From positions 9,548,001 through 9,612,000 of the forward strand of contig JBHGNT010000005.1 in NCBI GenBank assembly GCA_043228905.1: a stretch of 64,000 nt of DNA, in the 5' to 3' direction. Under the pieces are notes generated by a model. It made no database searches. It was not told the origin of the DNA and saw only the letters and a list, made by a program, of their open reading frames with translations. This document shows positions 7,934-20,100 of this stretch, piece after piece. The position numbers and the translations under genes are program-made. How positions within the stretch are numbered: position 1 is the stretch's first letter; each line of letters starts with the position of its first letter. This stretch comes from Azolla caroliniana (taxonomy: Eukaryota > Plantae > Polypodiophyta).

Positions 7934-10717
7934 CTATTCTTCGTCCAAAATGTCCAGAATGCTTTGTTCGAGAGGCTCCAATGGTTCATCTGGAAGTGGT
8001 TGTTGTTGTTGCTGCTCTGTTGATGTCTGCTGCGGTGGGTCCGTTGGTGGTTGCTGCGGCTGCTCCTCCGTTTGTGGCTCTGACACCGGCGTCTCCGTCG
8101 TTGCTCCCTGCGTCGTAGTGGTCTCCGGTTGACTGGTTCCCGGCTGGCCCTCAGCCGGTGACGGTTCCTCATCACTAAGGTTAACCGTTGCCGCTTCCCG
8201 TGCTTTTTCTTCCCGAACCCGGGACCGCTCGTAGCTTTCAAACTGGATTTGAGCGTCCAGCCTATCATCGTCTAGCTGAGCTACGAGTTGCCTGACCTGC
8301 GCCAGCTGTTCATCTACCAGGACTTGGAAGTCGTCGGCCAGCTCGTCCCGTATGGCGGTGAAGTCCTCGGAAGTCAACGTATAACAATCATCTCCTTCCT
8401 TCCGCCGGTTTGCCACATCTGCCCGTAGCAACTGGAGTTCCGCCGCGTTTTGTGCCCACTTTGTCCACCATTTTACGGAGCTTTCATCAATCAAGTGTTT
8501 TGTCTGATTCATCCATGCCCGGAGGATGGACTGAATCCGGCTCGTTCCCAATTGCGATTTGGTTTCCGCCGCTTGCCGTTCCTCCTTCAGTTGTTTGATG
8601 ATTTTGACGTTCTCCTCCACCTGCGCCTTGTAATGCGTCAATTGCCTTTGATATGTGCTTTGTAATTTCTGCAATAATGTTGACGCTCTCTCTTTGTCTT
8701 CCTACTGCTGCCTCTGGAACTCCATCCGGACCTTCTCTGCCTTGTCCAAGCGTCTTGTATTTTCCGCACGTTTGTCGGCGATCGCCGTCGCGGCCCGATC
8801 AACTGCCTGTTGGAGCTCGGCCATCTGTTCTTTATGCTCCGTTTCCAGCCGTTTGTAGTCCCGGTGCAAGTGCTCAAAATCATCTGCCTTTTGCTTGAGC
8901 CGTGCGTTGATCTGACGACGGGCCCGGTCCTCGCGGTCCTTCTGCTGGCGGAGCTCTTCCTTTAGCCGTTCAATCTTTGTTTCCGCCGTTTTCCGCAGCT
9001 TGTCCTTTTCCTGCAGCACATTGTCTTTCTCCTCCTTTAGCCGGTCGTACGCTTGATGGCCTTTCCGGAGGCTCTCCTCTGCCCGGCGGAGGTTCTCAGC
9101 AGTCTTCTTTAATTCGGCTTCGGCCGCTGTCTTCAATTCTCGTTCACGGCTCCTTAGCGCTTCTTGTGCGGCAAGTTCATCTCTCAATTCTGCAAGCTCC
9201 TGGGCTTGCGCCGCATCTCTCCCCGGAACGGTTTCCGTTGCCGGGGTCTTATTACTATGTACAGGTCGTTCCGTTTCTTTATTCTGTACACTTACCGGAG
9301 TCACCGGTGATTGGATCTGTGTTGCCGTTAAGGCCATTTTGGCCATCTCTGTCGTGACCTGATCCAAGTCCTTTTCAAGGCACCGGATTCTGGACCGGGC
9401 CGTCTCTAGTTGTTCGGTTGTGACGAGCAACTGTTCGCTTTGCACTCTTTCTTTCGCCTCAATATACCCCACTACTCCGGCTATCTGTTCGCCTATCCAC
9501 CGGAGCCACAGGCTATCGGTGCCTTGTTGTGCTTGCACGGAGGTTTGACAGATGGGCTCACTTGTAGAGGGGTGGTCCCGCCTGGTTGCGCCGAGTTGCA
9601 GTTCCGTTTCTGCCCGTGGACCACCCTGCTGTCCTGGTTCCCCTGGCGCTTCTTCTTGGCTGACCGAGGGAGGTTGCATTGACCTTTCCGGCTCTGGCGG
9701 GATGGGACTTGCCGGTGTTGCTGGTGGTGTCGGGGCTTCTATGTCCAGTGCCATGCGCACCGGTTCCGGTTCCTTCCTTGGCGTGGGAGTCTCATCACTA
9801 AGGGGAGCCGGTGTTTCCTCCGTCTGAGGGTCCGAACGTTTCCCGGCTGTCTCAACGGTCCTTGCCGACGACCGTCGCTGGAGGTGCTCCGTGGGCTCCT
9901 CCTCTATTTCCTCCTCCTGAGCTCCGGCATTGAGTTTTGCCGCCAAGGGGTTCGCTTCTCTATTCACCGGTCGGCGGAGTGTGACCTTCATGGGTTGTGC
10001 CGGTGGTTCCTCCTGCGCCTCCGTTGGGCGCTTCCGGCTGCCGCTTCCTGTTGCCGCCTAATCTGCATCCGCCGCCTTTCCCTTAGTGGCCTTAGAGGCC
10101 AACAACTGTTGTCGTTTGGAAGTCGTCTTTGGGGTGCCGTCCGCTACTCTTCCTCGCTTCTTGGGCTGGACGGGCTGGACGGGTGGCACAAGCAAGGTGA
10201 GCCACTGCGTTACGGTGTGCCATATCCTCCGTCCGTCTCGGCCTTCTTTGCCATCTTTGCCTCTGACGATCTCGATGGCCGCACACAACCCGTCTGCGAT
10301 CAATACCGGCCAATCCACCTTGATCCCTTCCTAGGTGGCAATGATCATCCCTGCCCGATTCTGCGGCATGACCGGGGGTCTAGGGTACACGTGGCCGTAC
10401 TCGTGGAGCACACGAGCAATCTCGCGGAACAGCATGTCTCCGCCGCCCTGTGTCCGGTAGCCCTTGCTGGCTAGAGAATACTCACCAAAATACCTGATGA
10501 GTTGCTCCGGGGTTGGATTGTCGATTGTGAGTATGCCTCCCTCCGGAAGGCCTGTTAACGATCGAATCGCTTCTGCTGTTATGACCTCTGTGTTGATTTC
10601 TTTGATCACTTTGTCGGCTTCTTTGTGTGGCGGTACTTCCATCATCATAAAGAAGCCCTCGAGCCCGTGTTGCTTTAGCCATGTCTTGGCGGCTTCCGAC
10701 AGTGTTTGCGGGTCCAT
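7934..10717 (-). pseudogene. Extra 3' ORF of the Gypsy element (coiled-coil protein of unknown function), broken by in-frame TAGs
   Basis: Track ORFs 10331-10939, 10058-10318, 8702-9991 and 7934-8674 are all in one frame, each ending in a single TAG. The likely start is MDPQTL at 10717. Confidence 0.8.
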
Positions 10718-11095
10718 TTCTATGTCGAGGTCGGATTGCGGTGGCGAGGTTGGATGATGATGAGAGTGAGGTTGAGAGAGAGAGAGTTTAGAAGGCGGGG
10801 GTTCTCTGTGCGCAGGTTCTCGTCTGATGATCTTGCAGCGTCTTGGTGCTTCTGTGCTCCTGGGTTCGCGAAAGTAAAGGGTCTCTACGCGCAGTGGTTT
10901 TTGTCTGTGCATTCTGGCGCCTTTTTCAAGTGTGTGCATGTCGTGTACTAAAATAGCATTATGTCCTATGGTGGCGATTTAAATGCCCACTACGTGCCTT
11001 TTCACTCCTCGCTCTTTCATCCATTCATTCCTCGCTTTTGCATGATTACTTCGTTTTTTTTTTTATATATAATTATAATTTAATTTAGTGTGACG

Positions 11096-12674
11096 TCACT
11101 TGTCCGTTGGTCCTCTCGGACCCTTACCGGCCTCATTCTCCCCAATTACCGCCTCGCCTTCTCTACCGTCTTGGTGGTTGTCGTTTCCCTCACTGGTGTC
11201 GGTCCTTTCCTCAAATGGGTTCTTAGGCATCGGTCCTCTATATGGCTTCAACCGGAATCCGTTGACCCATTTGCCTAGCACTTCGCCGGCAAGTGTCCCT
11301 AACTGGTAGGACCCATTATACTCCCGTGTTAGCCAATACGGTCCGGTCCATCTAAATCGTAGTTTACCCGGCATCTTGCCCATCCGGGTCTGAAATACTA
11401 ACACCGGTTTGCCGACTGCGAACATTTTTTCGTTACCTTTCCTATGCCGGTCGACAAATGCTTTCCGTCGCCGTTGCTCCAATTCTAAATGCAGGATGTT
11501 GCCCAGTTATTGTTCCTCGAGCTCACACAACGTTGTCAAACGTATTGCCTCCAACTCCTTCTCGTTCAGCCATTCCCGTAGCTGGATCCGTAAGCTGGGT
11601 ACTTGGAATTCTACCGGCATGACCGCCTCTAGTTCGAACGCTAACTGGAACGGTGTTGTTCGAATGCTCGTTTTGTATGCCGTCCGGTATGCCCAAAGCG
11701 CGCTATGTAGCTTTGTGTCCCAATCCGTCCGGTTTTCGTTGACGATCTTCCGGAGGATATTCTGGAGTGTCTTGTTCGTTGATTCCGCTAAACCGTTCGC
11801 CTGTGGATAGTAAGGTGTGCTCCGTTTGTGGACAACGGCATAGAATGTCATCAGGCTTTCCACTACTTGGCCGAGAAAGTGCCCCCCTTGGTCGTTTATT
11901 AATTCAATTGGGCATCCATAATGGCACCAGATGTACTCATATAGAAACTTCGTCGTTGACGCAGCGGTGTTATCCCTTAATGCTTTGGCCTCCACCCATT
12001 TCGTGCAATAATCCGTAGCAACGATGACATACCGATTACCCGTTCTCATTGCCGTTGACTTGAAGGGTCCTACAAAGTCCAGCCCCCACTTCTGGAATGG
12101 CTCGAGTGGTAGTACCGGTTGGTGTGGCATACGAGCCTGCTTCGTTGGCTGGCCCATTCTCTGGCATAGGTCACATTCTTTTGCGTATCGTACCACATCT
12201 CTTAGTATCGTTGGCCACCATAGGCCACTTTGCCATATTTTCCTGGCCGTCGCATCTCCGGCATAGTGACCTCCGGCAACTCCGCAATGGGCTTCCCTCA
12301 GTATCAGTTCCTTTTCATCGTTGCGCACCGCCCGTCTCCATATGCCGTCCGCGCCCTTGTGGTACAATGTGTCTTGCAGTAAGCAGAAATGTCGGCTTTG
12401 CACCGCCACGCATTTCCGTTCGTCCCAATTCATCTCTTCCGGAGGCAGTCCTGTGCTCAGAAACTGGTGCATATTTGTGAGCCATTTGTCTTCCTGTGCC
12501 ACTGTCTCATCTGCTGCCGTCTTCGTAGTGACTCGAAACAGCTCTGCATCCGGAAACTCATCCGGTACTCCGTCTCCCGTCTCTCCGGACTCTAATCGGC
12601 TTAAGTAATCCGCCACGGCATGCTGTATACCGGGTCGGTGGAATATTTCAAACTCGAACTCCTGTAACAGTAAG
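11096..12674 (-). pseudogene. Gypsy pol 3' part: RNase H end + integrase
   Basis: HHCC zinc finger (AHCGVAGGH..CDLCQ), WGLDFVGP, DQGGHF, ANGLAE and the GPY/F motif (RWTGPY). One in-frame stop at 11507. Confidence 0.92.
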
Positions 12675-13327
12675 TGTTGGGATTACGGTCCCTCCGGATG
12701 GGATGGTCGGATGTCCGGGAATCGGGAATGAAGACCCGAATGAGGAGTACCCGGTATCGGAGCCTGATGATGAAGACCCGGCTACGGATCCGGATGATGA
12801 AGACCCCGGCTACGGAGCCGGATGACGAATGTACCCTGGAGAGAGATCCGGATGCGGGGACATATTTGTGAATATGTTTGCCAAGGGCCCTCGTGGCTAT
12901 ATTTGTAAATAGCCCGAAAGTCATATGTGTATAAATATGACTTAGGGCAAACAGTTTTGGTTGTTGTTACTCATTTTTCTGATTTCCACTTAGAGGGAGC
13001 GAAGTGAGAGCAGTAGAGTGAGAGAAAGGAAGAGGTCGACGCCTCTGTGTAATACCGCCACCTGTGGCGAGGACAGCGAGCTCAAGGTCGTCGCCTTGCA
13101 GCTCGCCATTGTACATTCCCTGCGTATAGTGATAGTTGGAGTCTTGCACTCCCGTGGTTTTTCCCGTCTAGGGTTTTCCACGCTAAATCCTGTGCATTCA
13201 AGTCTCTCTCTGTGTTTTCGATTTTCTGCTGAATTGAGTCGTGTTTCCTCGGTTGTGGCCGAGAGGTGAAGGTTTTGAAAGCGCCAATCTCTAACAATCT
13301 GGTATCAGAGCGACTGCAGTGCAGAAA

Positions 13328-16300
13328 ATGGAAGGCGGTAGCAGCGGACAGCCGGGGATGATGGTGCTGAATGCGCAGAACTACGCCGACTGGAAGATAA
13401 AGATGGAGGATCTGCTCATTGTTCGGGACCTGTATGAACCGATCGACAGGTCGGAAATACCCAAGGGGGTACTTGAGACGGAATGGAGGCTTCTGAACCG
13501 GAAAGCCGTTGCAACCATTCGGCAATACGTCGACGTGAGCGTTCTACAACATGTGGCGAACGACACCAACGCATATGAGATGTGGCAGAAGCTGTCGGGC
13601 CTCTACGAGAGAAAGAATGCGTTGAACCGGACCTCCCTGATGAGGAAGATAGTGAACCTCAAGTACCGGGACGGCGAGAGTATGGTGGAACACGTAAGCA
13701 CGTTCATGGGATTCGTGAACCAGCTTGCGGCGATCAAGTTCCCGTTGGAGGATGCAATGCAAGCCATCATCCTGATGTGTACATTGCCGGCAAGCTGGGA
13801 GAACTTGGTGGTGACTCTCAGCACCTCCTGCACCGAAGATAACTTGTCCCTACAAACGGTAAAGACAAGCATTTTGAACGAAGAAGTGCGTCGGAGAGAT
13901 AAAGAACCGGCCTCCGATCCGAAGATGCTGCTTACCGAATCGGATCGGGGAAGACAACGGAACCGGAGTCCGCAAAGACGGGAGAAGTCGGGAACCCGGT
14001 CGCAGTCAAGAGGAAGGCCCACATGCTTCCACTATGGGAAGTCGGGGCACTTCCGAAAGAATTGTCGGCATTACCGAAAAGACAACGGAGCCGACGACAC
14101 CGATTCGAAGAAGTCTTCGGAGCGGAACGGTGCTTACCGGGGAGCCACGGACCGGAATGGTTCGGATCGGCGAGAGCAGGACCGGAAAGGAACGACGGCA
14201 CTCGCGGCAAGTGAAGAGGAGATCATGCTCATCACCAAAGAAGGTGAACTAAACATTGCCGGCGATGAGACTACCTGGGTGGTCGATTCTGGAGCGTCGT
14301 TCCACCTGACCCCGGAAAGAAGATACTTCTCATCCTACACAGCCGGTGAGCATGGCTGTGTTCGGATGGGAAATGAAGGTACGTGCCGGATTGCCGGCAT
14401 AGGAGACGTGTGGTTGACAACCTTGACCGGATGCAAAATGTTGCTGAAGGATGTCTGACATGTTCCGGAGGTTCGATTGAACCTGATTTCGGCCGGGAGG
14501 CTAGACGATGAAGGCTACACAGGTAGCATCCGGAACGGCGTAATGAAGTTCAGCAAGGGGAGCCTGATAGTGGCTCGGGCCCGGAAAGTCAACACATTGT
14601 ACCTTATGAATGCCTGGTTGTGTTCGGAGGAGTTGAACGTGGCAGCCGACACTGCCGGTGAACTGTGGCACAAGAGACTGTGCCACATGAGTGAGAAGGG
14701 GATGAAGAGGCTTGCAGAAGACAACCTTATTCCAGTGAAGCATGTGCACCTGGAGAAGTGCACTGATTGCCTGGCCGGTAAACAAAACCGAACCTCCTTC
14801 CACTCAAGGCCACCGACGAGACGTAGCGCACCATTGGAGTTGGTGCACACTGACGTGTGTCAAGTAGAAACGAAGTCACATGGCGGAGCCCAGTACTTCG
14901 TGACATTCATTGATGACCACAGCCGGAAGCTATGGACGGCACCGTTGAAGACAAAGGACCAAGTGTTGTGCGTCTTCAAAGAACTCCACGCGAGAGTGGA
15001 AAGGGAATCCGGCAAGAAGCTGAAAGCGATACGAGCGGATAACGGAGGGGAATACCGGGGGCAATTCGAGGAGTATTGTCGCTCGAAGGGAATCCGGCTC
15101 GAGTTTACTGTGCCGAAGACGCCGAAACTGAACGGGCTGGCCGAGAGGATGAACCGGACCATAATGGAGAGGGTCCGGAGTATGCTGGCGCATGCGAAAT
15201 TACCCAAGGGGTTTTGGGCTGAGGCAATGTCGACGGCGACATACGTGATAAACAGATCACCCTTAGTACCTTTGGACGGAGACACGCCGCAGAGAGTGTG
15301 GACCGGTAGGGAAGTATCCGACCGGCACCTGAAGGTGTTCGGGTGTCTCGCATATGTGCATGTGGCAAAGGACCGGAGAGGAAAGCTAGATCCAAAGACC
15401 CGGCCATGCATATTCCTCGGTTACGGCGATGACGAGTTCGGCTACCGAGTATGGGACCCGGTCGACAAAAAGATATTCCGGAGTCGTGATATCATCTTCA
15501 TGGAGGACAAGACACTCACCGACTGGGAGTCGGAGAAAAAGATGAAGAGCTCCAAGTCGACCGGTGAGGATCAACTCTACGAGGAGCAGTCCCGACCGGC
15601 AAGGGACCGGTTAGCACTCGAGGATCCGGCCGAAGACGGTGAAGAAACAGAACCGGCCGAGGAAGATGAAACTGATACCGGAACCGGCCCCGATCCCGAA
15701 ATGGATTCGGATGAAGAGGAAACGGAGGAGCCGGTTACCGAAGCTTCGGAACGGAGATATCCTCTAAGAGAGAGAAGGGCCCCCCGGAGATTTCCGGAAC
15801 CAGAGCACGTGCTGCTGACCGACGAAGGGGAGCCGGAGAGTTTTGAAGAAGCAAAGCTTGACACCCATAGCCGCAGGTGGTTAAGTGCCATGCAGGAGGA
15901 GATGGATTCCCTGCATGAGAACCACACATATGAACTTGTGGAGTTGCCGAAAGGAAAGCGGGCACTTCGAAACAAGTGGGTGTTCAAGCTGAAACCGGGA
16001 GATGCCGGAAACCCCCCGAGATACAAAGCCAGGATCGTGGTGAAGGGGTTCCAGCAGAAGAAGGGCGTCGACTTCGACAAGATATTTGCCCCGGTAGTGA
16101 AGATGACCTCCATCCGGACGGTGCTGAGTATAGCGGCAAGCATGGACCTCGAGGTAGAACAGATGGACGTGAAGACGGCATTCCTTCACGGTGACCTCGA
16201 AGAAGAGATCTACATGCAGCAACCGGAAGGATTCGAGAAGAAAGGGAAGGAGCACCTGGTATGCCGGTTGAAGAAGAGCCTTTACGGACTGAAGCAGGCT

Positions 16301-17185
16301 CCCCGGCAATGGTACCGGAAGTTCGACTCTTTCATGACCGACGAAGGGTACCACAAAACGCAGTCCGATCACTGCGTGTTTGTGAAGAAGTTCGAAGGAG
16401 GAGACTTTCTAATACTCCTCCTGTACGTGGACGACATGTTGATTGTCGGACGGGACCAGGTCAAGATACGGATGCTGAAGAAAGCGCTTCACCGAACCTT
16501 CTCAATGAAGGACATGGGTCCGGCGAGGCAAATACTGGGGATGCACATCATCCGGGACCGGAAGAAGAAGCAGTTGTGGCTGTCACAGGAGAAGTACGTG
16601 ACAAAGGTGCTTCACCGGTTCAACATGTCGGAAGCAAGACCGGTCGGGTCAACCCTCCCGGCAAACTGCAAGTTGTCCAGCAAGCAAAGCCCCAAGACAA
16701 AGGCTGAGAAGGAGGACATGATGAAAGTACCATATGCCTCTGCCGTCAGAAGCTTGATGTACGCAATGGTGTGTACAAGACCGGACATAGGATATGCAGT
16801 CGGAGTGGTGAGCCGGTACATGAGCAATCCCGGCAAAGAGCACTGGAACGCGGCCAAGTGGATACTCTGATACCTGAAGGGCACGGCAAACGTATGCCTC
16901 CGATTCGGCTCCGGTAAGCCGGAACTCGACGGCTTTACCAATTCGGATATGTCGGCTGATGCAGATACCAGCCGGTCCACATCAGGGTATGTGATGACGT
17001 ATGCAGGGGGAGCTGTTTCGTGGCAGTCGAGGCTGCAGAAGACGGTTGCGTTGTCAACCACGGAGGCGGAGTACATGGCGGCTATTGAAGCCGGCAAGGA
17101 AATAATATGGATGAAGGACTTCATTAGAGAGCTCAGTATCCGGCAGGAGGAGTACCGACTCTACTGCGACAGTCAGAGTGCCATC
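13328..17185 (+). pseudogene. Copia C gag-pol (completed at 22513-22733 after the Copia D insertion)
   Basis: gag, mutated knuckle (CFHYGKSGH), PR DSGAS, INT, RT YVDD and RH in one frame, with TGA stops at 14456 and 16868. Confidence 0.93.
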
Positions 17186-20100
17186 TGTTGGGATTTCGGT
17201 CCCTCCGGATGGGATGTCCCCGGAGATAAATGACGGCAAGCCGGTTACGGTTACGGAGCCGGATGCTGAAGACCCCGGTTACGGAGCCGGATGACGAATG
17301 TACCCGGAGAGAGATCCGGATGCGGGGACGTATTTGTGAATATGTTTGCTAAGAGCCCTTGAGGCTATATTTGTAAATAGCCCGAAAGTCATATGTGTAT
17401 AAATATGACTTAGGGCAGACAGTTTATGTTGTTGTTGCTCACTTTCTGTTTTCACTGAGAGGAAACGAAGTGAGAGCAGCCGAGAGAGAGTGAGAGAGAG
17501 AGAGAGAGAGAGAAAGAAGAAGGAAGAGGTCGACGCCTCTGTGTAATACCGCCGCCTGTGGCGAGGACAGCGAGCTCAAGGTCGTCGCCTTGCAGCTCGC
17601 CATTGTACATTCCCCGCGTATAGGGATCGTTGGAGTCTTGCACTCCCGTGGTTTTTTCCCATTTAGGGTTTTTTCCACGTAAAACATCCAGTGTACCTTT
17701 TCTCTCTATTGTACTTCGTGCACTTGGTATTCCCCGTTTTCTGTGAGTCGATCCTATTCCTCGGTTGTGGCCGAGCACTGCTTAAGCAACAAACTGGTAT
17801 CAGAGTGACGGTAACACAGAAAATGGAAGGCGGCGGTAGTGGGCCTCCGGGCATGATGGTGTTGAACTCACAGAACTACGCCGACTGGAAGATAAAGATG
17901 GAAGACCTTCTCATCGTCCGAGACCTGTACGAACCGATCGACAATGCCGAGATACCCAAGGGGGTAATAGAGTCGGAGTGGAAGCTCCTGAACCGGAAAG
18001 CCGTAGCGACAATCCGGCAATATGTCGATGTAAGCGTTCTACAACATGTGGCGAACGACACCTACGCATATGAGATGTGGAAGAAGCTGTCGGGCCTCTA
18101 CGAGAGGAAGAATGCGTTGAACCGGACCTCCCTGATGAGGAAGATAGTGAACCTCAAGTACCGGGACGGCGAGAATATGGTGGAACACGTGAGCACGTTC
18201 ATGGGATTCGTGAACCAGCTTGCGGCGATCAATTTCCCGTTGGAGGATGCAATGCAAGCCATCATTCTGATGTGTACATTGCCGGACAGCTGGGAGAACT
18301 TGGTGGTGACTCTCAGCACCTCCTGCACCGAAGATAACTTGTCCCTACAAACGGTAAAGACAAGTATCTTGAACGAAGAAGCGCGTCGGAGAGATAAAGA
18401 ACCGGCCTCCGACTCGAAGGCGTTGGTTACCGAATCGGAACGGGGAAGACAATGGAACCGGAGTCCGCAAAGACGGGAGAAGTCGGGGACCCGGTCGCAG
18501 TCAAGAGGAAGACCCACATGCTTCCACTGTGGGAAGCCGGGGCACTTCCGGAAGAATTGTCGGCATTACCGAAAGGACAACGGAGCCGACGACACCGATT
18601 CGAAGAAGTCACCGGAGCGAAACGGTGCATACCGGGGAGCCACTGACCGGAGAGGTCCGGATCGGCGAGGGCAGGACCGGAAAGGAACGACGGCACTCGC
18701 GGCAAGTGAAGAAGAGATAATGCTCATTACCGAAGAGAGGGAGCTGAACCTTGCCGGTGAGGAGATGACCTGGGTGGTCGATTCCAGAGCGTCGTTCCAC
18801 CTGACCCCGGAGAAGAAATACTTCTCATCCTACACAGCCGGCGAGCACGGCTGTGTCCGGATGGGAAATGAAGGTACATGCCGGATTGCCGGCATAGGAG
18901 ATGTGTGGCTGATGACATCAACCGGATGCAAGATGCTGCTGAAGGATGTCCGTCACGTTCCGGAGGTTCGACTGAACCTGATTTCGGCCGGGAGGCTAGA
19001 CGATGAAGGCTACACAGGTAGCATCCGGAACGGCGTAATGAAGTTCAGCAAGGGGAGCCTGATAGTGGCTCGGGCCCGGAAAGACAACACACTGTACCTG
19101 ATGAATGCCCGGTTATGTCCGGAAGAGCTGAATGTGGCAGCCGACACTGCTGGTGAACTGTGGCACAAGAGACTGTGCCACATGAGTGAGAAGGGGATGA
19201 AGAGGCTTGCAGAAGACAACCTTATTCCAGTGAAGCATGTGCACCTGGAGAAGTGCACCGATTGCCTGGCCGGTAAGCAGAACCGAACCTCCTTCCACTC
19301 AAGACCACCGATGAGACGTAGTGTACCATTGGAGTTGGTACACACTGATGTGTGTCAGGTAGAAACGAAGTCACATGGCGGAGCCCAGTACTTCGTAACA
19401 TTTATAGATGACCATAGCCGGAAGCTGTGGACGGCACCGTTGAAGACAAAGGACCAAGTATTGTCTGTCTTCAAAGAACTCCACGCGAGAGTGGAAAGGG
19501 AATCCGGCAAGAAGCTGAAAGCGATACGAGCGGATAACGGAGGGGAATACCGGGGGCAGTTCCAGGAGTACTGTCGCTCGAAGGGAATCCGGCTCGAGTT
19601 TACTGTGCCGAAGACGCCGGAACTGAACGGGCTGGCGGAGAGGATGAACCGGACCATAATGGAGAGGGTCCGGAGTATGCTTGCACATGCGAAATTACCC
19701 AAGGGATTTTGGGCTGAGGCAATGTCAACGGCGACGTATGTGATAAATAGATCACCCTCAGTACCTTTGGACGGAGACACACCGCAGAAAGTGTGGACCG
19801 GTAAGGAAGTGTCCTACCGGCATCTGAAGGTGTTCGGGTGCCTCGCATATGTGCATGTGGCCAAGGACCGGAGAGGAAAGCTAGATCCAAAGACCCGGCC
19901 ATGCATATTCCTCGGTTACGGCGATGACGAGTTCGGCTACCGAGTATGGGACCCGGTCGACAAGAAGATATTCCGGAGTCGTGATATCATCTTCATGGAG
20001 AACAAGACACTCGCCGACTGGGAGTCGGAGAAGAAGATGAAGAGCTCCAAGTCGACCGGTGAGGATAAACTCTATGAGGAGCAGTCCCGACCGGCAAGGG

